Shown: positions 59,628 to 64,000 of the stretch, one piece after another
How positions within the stretch are numbered: the first letter of the stretch is position 1
Layout of the letters: each line of letters begins with the position of its first letter
Assembly: GCA_965242525.1 (NCBI GenBank)
Contig: OZ251459.1
Coordinates: 2,624,001 to 2,688,000, forward strand
Direction of reading: 5' to 3'
Length of the DNA: 64,000 bases
From: an uncultured Candidatus Binatia bacterium
GTDB lineage: Bacteria > Desulfobacterota > Binatia > UBA9968 > JAJDTQ01
The notes under the pieces: generated by a model
The model's database searches: none
What the model saw: the letters and a program-made list of their open reading frames with translations, nothing else
What the model was told of the DNA's origin: nothing
Made by a program: the position numbers and the translations under genes

Positions 59628-60899
59628 ATGATTACCGCAAGCCTGGAGCAAGTCGATCCGGAAGTCTTCGAAGCCATCCGGGACGAGGGCGAGCGCCTGG
59701 AATCCAACCTGGAGTTGATCGCGTCCGAGAACGTGGTCAGCGCCGCGGTCCTGGAGGCCCAGGGATCCCTCATGACCAACAAGTACGCCGAGGGCTATCC
59801 CGGCCGGCGCTACTACGGCGGTTGCGAGTACGTGGACGTGGTGGAGCGTCTGGCGGTGGAGCGGGCCGGGGCGCTGTTCGGCGCGGAGCACGTGAACGTG
59901 CAGCCCCACTCTGGCTCGCAGGCCAACATGGCGGTCTATTTCGCGGTCCTCAAGCCCGGCGACACCTACCTGGGGATGGACCTTTCCCACGGCGGCCACC
60001 TCTCCATGGGGAGTCCGGTCAACTTCTCCGGCCGGTTGTACGGGGTGGCGCCCTACGGCGTGTCCGAGGAGACCGGGACCATCGACTACGACGCCTTGGC
60101 CGAGCTGGCCCGGGAGCGCCGCCCGCGGCTCATCGTGGCGGGGGCGAGCGCCTACCCGCGGGTCATCGATTACGAGAGGTTCCGCGCCATCGCCGACGAG
60201 GTGGGGGCGCTGTTGATGGTGGACATGGCGCACATCGCGGGGTTGGTGGCGGCCGGCTGCCACCCGAGCCCGGTGCCCCATGCGGACTACGTGACCACCA
60301 CCACCCACAAGACCTTGCGCGGGCCCCGGGGCGGGATGATCCTCTGCCGCGGGGAGCACGCCAAGACCCTCGACAGCCGCGTCTTCCCGGGCATGCAGGG
60401 AGGCCCCCTCATGCACGTGATCGCCGCCAAGGCGGTGGCCCTGAAGGAGGCGTCCACCGAGGAGTTCGCGAGCTACCAGCGGCAGATCGTGGCCAACGCC
60501 AAGGCCCTGGCCGGCGCGTTGACGGCGCGGGGTTTCCGCCTGGTCTCCGGCGGCACCGACAACCACGTCATGCTCCTGGACCTGCGGGACTCCGAGGTCA
60601 CCGGCAAGCTGGCCCAGGAAACGCTGGAGCGGGCGGGGGTCACCGCGAACCGCAACACCGTGCCCTTCGACCGCCGCTCCCCGTTCGTGACCAGCGGCGT
60701 CCGCATCGGCACGCCCGCGGTCACCACCCGGGGCATGAAGGAGCCGGAGATGCGCGTCATCGCCGAGCTGATCCAGCGCGCCCTCGCCAGGGTGGGGGAC
60801 GAACGCGGCCTGGACGCCATCGCCGCGGAGGTGCGGGCCTTGTGCGAGCGTTTCCCGGTCTATCGCGGGAGCGGCGCCGAGCCGGCCCCGCAACCCTGA
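59628..60899 (+). CDS. glyA: Serine hydroxymethyltransferase
   Basis: [42 protein letters not shown]. Confidence 0.97.
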   Translation: MITASLEQVDPEVFEAIRDEGERLESNLELIASENVVSAAVLEAQGSLMTNKYAEGYPGRRYYGGCEYVDVVERLAVERAGALFGAEHVNVQPHSGSQANMAVYFAVLKPGDTYLGMDLSHGGHLSMGSPVNFSGRLYGVAPYGVSEETGTIDYDALAELARERRPRLIVAGASAYPRVIDYERFRAIADEVGALLMVDMAHIAGLVAAGCHPSPVPHADYVTTTTHKTLRGPRGGMILCRGEHAKTLDSRVFPGMQGGPLMHVIAAKAVALKEASTEEFASYQRQIVANAKALAGALTARGFRLVSGGTDNHVMLLDLRDSEVTGKLAQETLERAGVTANRNTVPFDRRSPFVTSGVRIGTPAVTTRGMKEPEMRVIAELIQRALARVGDERGLDAIAAEVRALCERFPVYRGSGAEPAPQP

Positions 60900-60942
60900 C
60901 CTGCCGGGCGCTGGCCGGGTCCCCGGAATCGGCAGGCCTGCC

Positions 60943-61476
60943 ATGAAATGCCCATTCTGCCGCGACGCCAAGAACCGGGTCATCGACTCCCGTCTCGGGA
61001 AGGACGGCGAGATGATCCGTCGGCGCCGGGAATGCGATTCCTGCCGGCGCCGCTTCACCACCTATGAGCGCGTGGAGGAAGCCATGCCCATGGTGGTGAA
61101 GAAGGACGGGCGCCGGGAGGCCTTCGACCGCCTCAAGATCGTCAACGGCCTGAAGACGGCCTGCCAGAAACTTCCCGTCAGCATGGACGCCATCGAGGCC
61201 ATCGCCGACCGCATCGAGCGGGGGATCCAGGAACGGGGAGAGAAGGAGGTGCCGGGCTCCGCCATCGGCGAGGCCGCCATGCGCGAGCTCCACGATACCG
61301 ACCCGGTGGCCTACGTGCGCTTCGCCTCGGTCTATCGCTCCTTCAAGGACCTCGACGAGTTCATGGTGGAGCTGGAGGACCTGCTCCACGAGCGCAAGCG
61401 CCGGGCCGCGGCCGCGGGCCCGGAAAAGGCGGCCCGAAAGACGCGCCGGAAACCCGCACGCGCGGGGAACGCCTGA
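60943..61476 (+). CDS. nrdR: Transcriptional repressor NrdR
   Basis: MKCPFC, VIDSR, RRRREC..C..RFTTYE, ATP cone, [10 protein letters not shown]. Confidence 0.97.
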   Translation: MKCPFCRDAKNRVIDSRLGKDGEMIRRRRECDSCRRRFTTYERVEEAMPMVVKKDGRREAFDRLKIVNGLKTACQKLPVSMDAIEAIADRIERGIQERGEKEVPGSAIGEAAMRELHDTDPVAYVRFASVYRSFKDLDEFMVELEDLLHERKRRAAAAGPEKAARKTRRKPARAGNA

Positions 61477-61663
61477 ACCGTCGTCGTGCGTCACCGCACG
61501 CCCCTGCGCGGAAACCCGCGCAGGGGGAACGCCTCAACGGCAGTCCGGCGGTGATGAACGGGAGGCGCGGAACGTCTGTTGCCCGCCGGGGCCTTGCCCA
61601 GGGAGACCGGCGGAAACCCGCACGCGCGTGGGCCGCGGCGCGTGAACGGGAGCTGCGGAAGAT

Positions 61664-61901
61664 GGCGCTTCCGGAATTCGTGTGGGTTGCGACACTCCCC
61701 ATCCCGTCATTCCCGCGAAAGCGGGAATCCATACAGGGAACCCATGGGGTTTGCTCGCAGGGTATGGATTCCCGCCCCCGCTTCCGCGAGGACATGCTTT
61801 CGCGGGAATGACGAGGGGTGGGCGTCTGCGGAGCAATGACGGCGTGTTCCTTTTCGCTCCCCTTTCCCTCCTGCCTTACCCACACAAAAGCCGGAAGAGA
61901 A
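61664..61901. mobile_element. MITE family B copy (inverted relative to 10039-10374)
   Basis: GGCGCTTCCGGAATTCGTGTGGGTTG... two ATTCCCGC palindromes ...AAAAGCCGGAAGAG. Confidence 0.65.
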
Positions 61902-61911
61902 ACCCTATCCC

Positions 61912-63003
61912 ATGTCCTTGGACCAGGACGAGCGTTACATGCGGGCGGCAATCAGGCTCGCGGGCCGGGCCGCGGGGCGCACCAGTCCGAACCCCATGGT
62001 GGGGGCGGTGGTGGTGCGGCAGGGCCGCATCGTGGGGCGCGGCTACCATGCCCGCGCCGGCGGCGACCACGCGGAGGTCCGGGCGCTCCGGCAGGCGGGG
62101 GAGGCGGCTCGCGGCGCCACGCTCTACGTCAACCTGGAGCCTTGCAGCCACTTCGGCCGCACCCCTCCGTGCGTCAAGGGTGTGGTCGAGGCGGGGGTGG
62201 AACGGGTGGCCGCGGGCATGATCGACCCGAATCCCCAGGTGGCCGGCAGCGGCGTGCAGGCCCTGAGACGCGCGGGCGTCCGGGTGGACGTGCCGGTCCT
62301 GGAGGAGGAATGCCGCCGCCTCAACGAGGCGTTCGTCAAGCACGTCACCCGGGGTCTTCCCTTCGTCGCCCTGAAGTTGGCCGCGTCCCTGGACGGCAGG
62401 ATCGCCACGGCCGCGGGAGACTCCAAGTGGGTCACGGGGCCGGAGGCCCGGAAGTTCGTCCACCGGCTGCGCAACCGCTACGACGCGGTCCTGGTGGGTT
62501 CCGGCACGGTGCTGGCGGACGACCCGCAACTCACCTGCCGGCTGCCGGGAGGGCGGGACCCCTTGCGCGTCGTGCTGGACGGCCGCCTGCGCACCCCGGC
62601 CACGGCCCGGCTCGTGGCCCAGCCGGAGCCCGGGAAGACCGTGCTGGTCACCGGGCGCGACGTCCCCGCGGCCCGGAGGAAACGGCTGGAAGACCTGGGT
62701 GTGCAGGTGTGGAGCTTTCCCATGAGGCAGGGGCGGGTGGCCTTCCGGCGCGTGCTCCGGCGGCTGGCCCGGGAGGGGGTGCTCAGCGTCATGGTGGAGG
62801 GAGGCGCGGTGACCGCGGGCCGGGCCATCTCGGAGAAGGTGGTGGACAAGGCCCTGTGCTTCTATGCGCCCAAGTTCATCGGCGCCGAGGGGCTGCCCAT
62901 GGTGGGCGATCTCGGCATCACGCGCCTGCGCCGTTGCCCGCAACTCGGCAACCCCGAGGTCAGGCGCCTCGGCGCCGACATCCTGGTGTCGGCCTACCTG
63001 TGA
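61912..63003 (+). CDS. ribD: Bifunctional riboflavin deaminase/reductase
   Basis: PNPMVGAV, HAE, LEPCSH.GRTPPC, KLAASLDG, VEGG. Confidence 0.97.
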   Translation: MSLDQDERYMRAAIRLAGRAAGRTSPNPMVGAVVVRQGRIVGRGYHARAGGDHAEVRALRQAGEAARGATLYVNLEPCSHFGRTPPCVKGVVEAGVERVAAGMIDPNPQVAGSGVQALRRAGVRVDVPVLEEECRRLNEAFVKHVTRGLPFVALKLAASLDGRIATAAGDSKWVTGPEARKFVHRLRNRYDAVLVGSGTVLADDPQLTCRLPGGRDPLRVVLDGRLRTPATARLVAQPEPGKTVLVTGRDVPAARRKRLEDLGVQVWSFPMRQGRVAFRRVLRRLAREGVLSVMVEGGAVTAGRAISEKVVDKALCFYAPKFIGAEGLPMVGDLGITRLRRCPQLGNPEVRRLGADILVSAYL

Positions 63004-63012
63004 CAACCGAAA

Positions 63013-63423
63013 GCGCGTCCTTCGACTTCGCTTGCGCTACGCTCAGGACGAACGGTGATAGGAGTGTCAAGGTGAGGGAATCTGTCTGGATGTCTCGATT
63101 GTTCGGATCTTCCTTGGACGACACCCCCCGTTCGTTGTGAACACAGCAAGCCCCGTTCGTCCTGAGCGTAGCGCAAGGAACCTCTGGAAAATCGGGACAG
63201 GGGGCATGAGCGCGTCCTTCGACTCCGCTTGCGCTGCGCTCAGGACGAACGGTGATAGGAGTGTCGAGGTGAGGGAATCCATCCCGGATGTCTCGATTGT
63301 TCAGATGTTCCTCGGGCGAAGGGGCTCCGGATCGAGAAACCCTGAACCACGATCCATCGAGGAAACCCTGAACCAAGCCTCCCCGTTCGTCCTGAGCGTA
63401 GCGAAGCGAAGTCGAAGGACGCG
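63013..63423. repeat. Cluster of family A REP/MITE copies between ribD and ribE
   Basis: Four REP units; one element with TIRs at 63177-63311. Confidence 0.75.
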
Positions 63424-63462
63424 CTTCTTCGAAGCGGGGCGTGACCGTCGAGGGCAGTAGCC

Positions 63463-64000
63463 ATGTTTACCGGACTCATCGAAGACGTGGGCAGGGTCCA
63501 CCGCTGGACCGGCAGGGCCGGGGCGGGGGAGCTCGCCTTCGAGACCGCGCTGCCGGTCCGGGAGATCGCGCCGGGGGCGAGCATCGCGGTGAACGGCTGC
63601 TGCCTGACCGTGGTCGGGAAGGCCGGACGCCGGCTCACCGTGGACGTCTCTCCCGAGACCTTGCAGCGCACCAACCTCGCGGACCTGCGCCCCGGGGACG
63701 GCGTGAACCTGGAGCGTTCCCTCCGGGTGGGCGACCGGCTCGGCGGCCATTGGGTCACCGGGCACGTGGACGCGGTGGGGCAGGTGGCCCGCATCGAAGA
63801 GAGCGGCGAATTCACCTTCTTCCGTTTCCGCGCCCCTGCGGCCGTGGGCCGTCTCCTCGTGCCCAAGGGTTCCGTCTCGGTGGACGGCGTGAGCCTGACC
63901 GTCAACGAGTGCACGCAGCGTTCGTTCTCCGTGGCCATCATACCCTTCACCCTGGCGCATACGAATTTGCAGAGCCGCAACGTTGGTGATAGAGTCAACC
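63463..64000 (+). CDS. ribE: Riboflavin synthase (alpha chain), runs off the window end
   Basis: MFTGLIE, SIAVNGCCLTV, NLERS...GDRLGGH.V.GHVD, KGSVSVDGVSLTVN. Confidence 0.95.
   Translation, partial: MFTGLIEDVGRVHRWTGRAGAGELAFETALPVREIAPGASIAVNGCCLTVVGKAGRRLTVDVSPETLQRTNLADLRPGDGVNLERSLRVGDRLGGHWVTGHVDAVGQVARIEESGEFTFFRFRAPAAVGRLLVPKGSVSVDGVSLTVNECTQRSFSVAIIPFTLAHTNLQSRNVGDRVN

Noticed and set aside
61448-61650. Degenerate GGAAACCCGCACGCGCG repeats at and after the nrdR 3' end
   Set aside because: Short, irregular local duplications with no consistent period or recognisable RNA structure.
61480-61911. Possible FMN riboswitch upstream of ribD
   Set aside because: No RFN consensus is visible; the region is occupied by a family B repeat element.

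Overview
GC-rich bacterial chromosome segment. The housekeeping order (yebC-ruvCAB-ntrY; yceD-rpmF-plsX-fabD-fabG-acpP-glyA-nrdR-ribD-ribE; ilvD-clpS-clpA; acnA) suggests a deltaproteobacterial-type organism, which is inference. Accessory DNA is interleaved: two surface lipoproteins, a VapBC-type TA pair, two AAA/DUF4143 ATPases, a TIR gene, a 5'-truncated type ISP/IIG R-M gene, a secreted-protein operon and an unknown 3-gene cassette. There is one tRNA-Val(CAC). Main observations: (1) an NtrY-like histidine kinase is followed by a receiver domain fused in frame to an intact LpxC, a candidate two-component system acting directly on the committed step of lipid A synthesis; (2) an unannotated AhpD/CMD-like selenoprotein (CxxU, in-frame TGA, SECIS-like hairpin) at 1851-2117; (3) a MITE family with IS5-like ends and 4-bp target duplications that carries REP-like palindromes, nests inside itself and contributes to protein N-termini; (4) a coupled 3-gene cassette ending in an ADP-ribosyltransferase-like ORF; (5) ruvC has no canonical start codon. 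All calls come from reading the sequence and recognising motifs; no searches were run.
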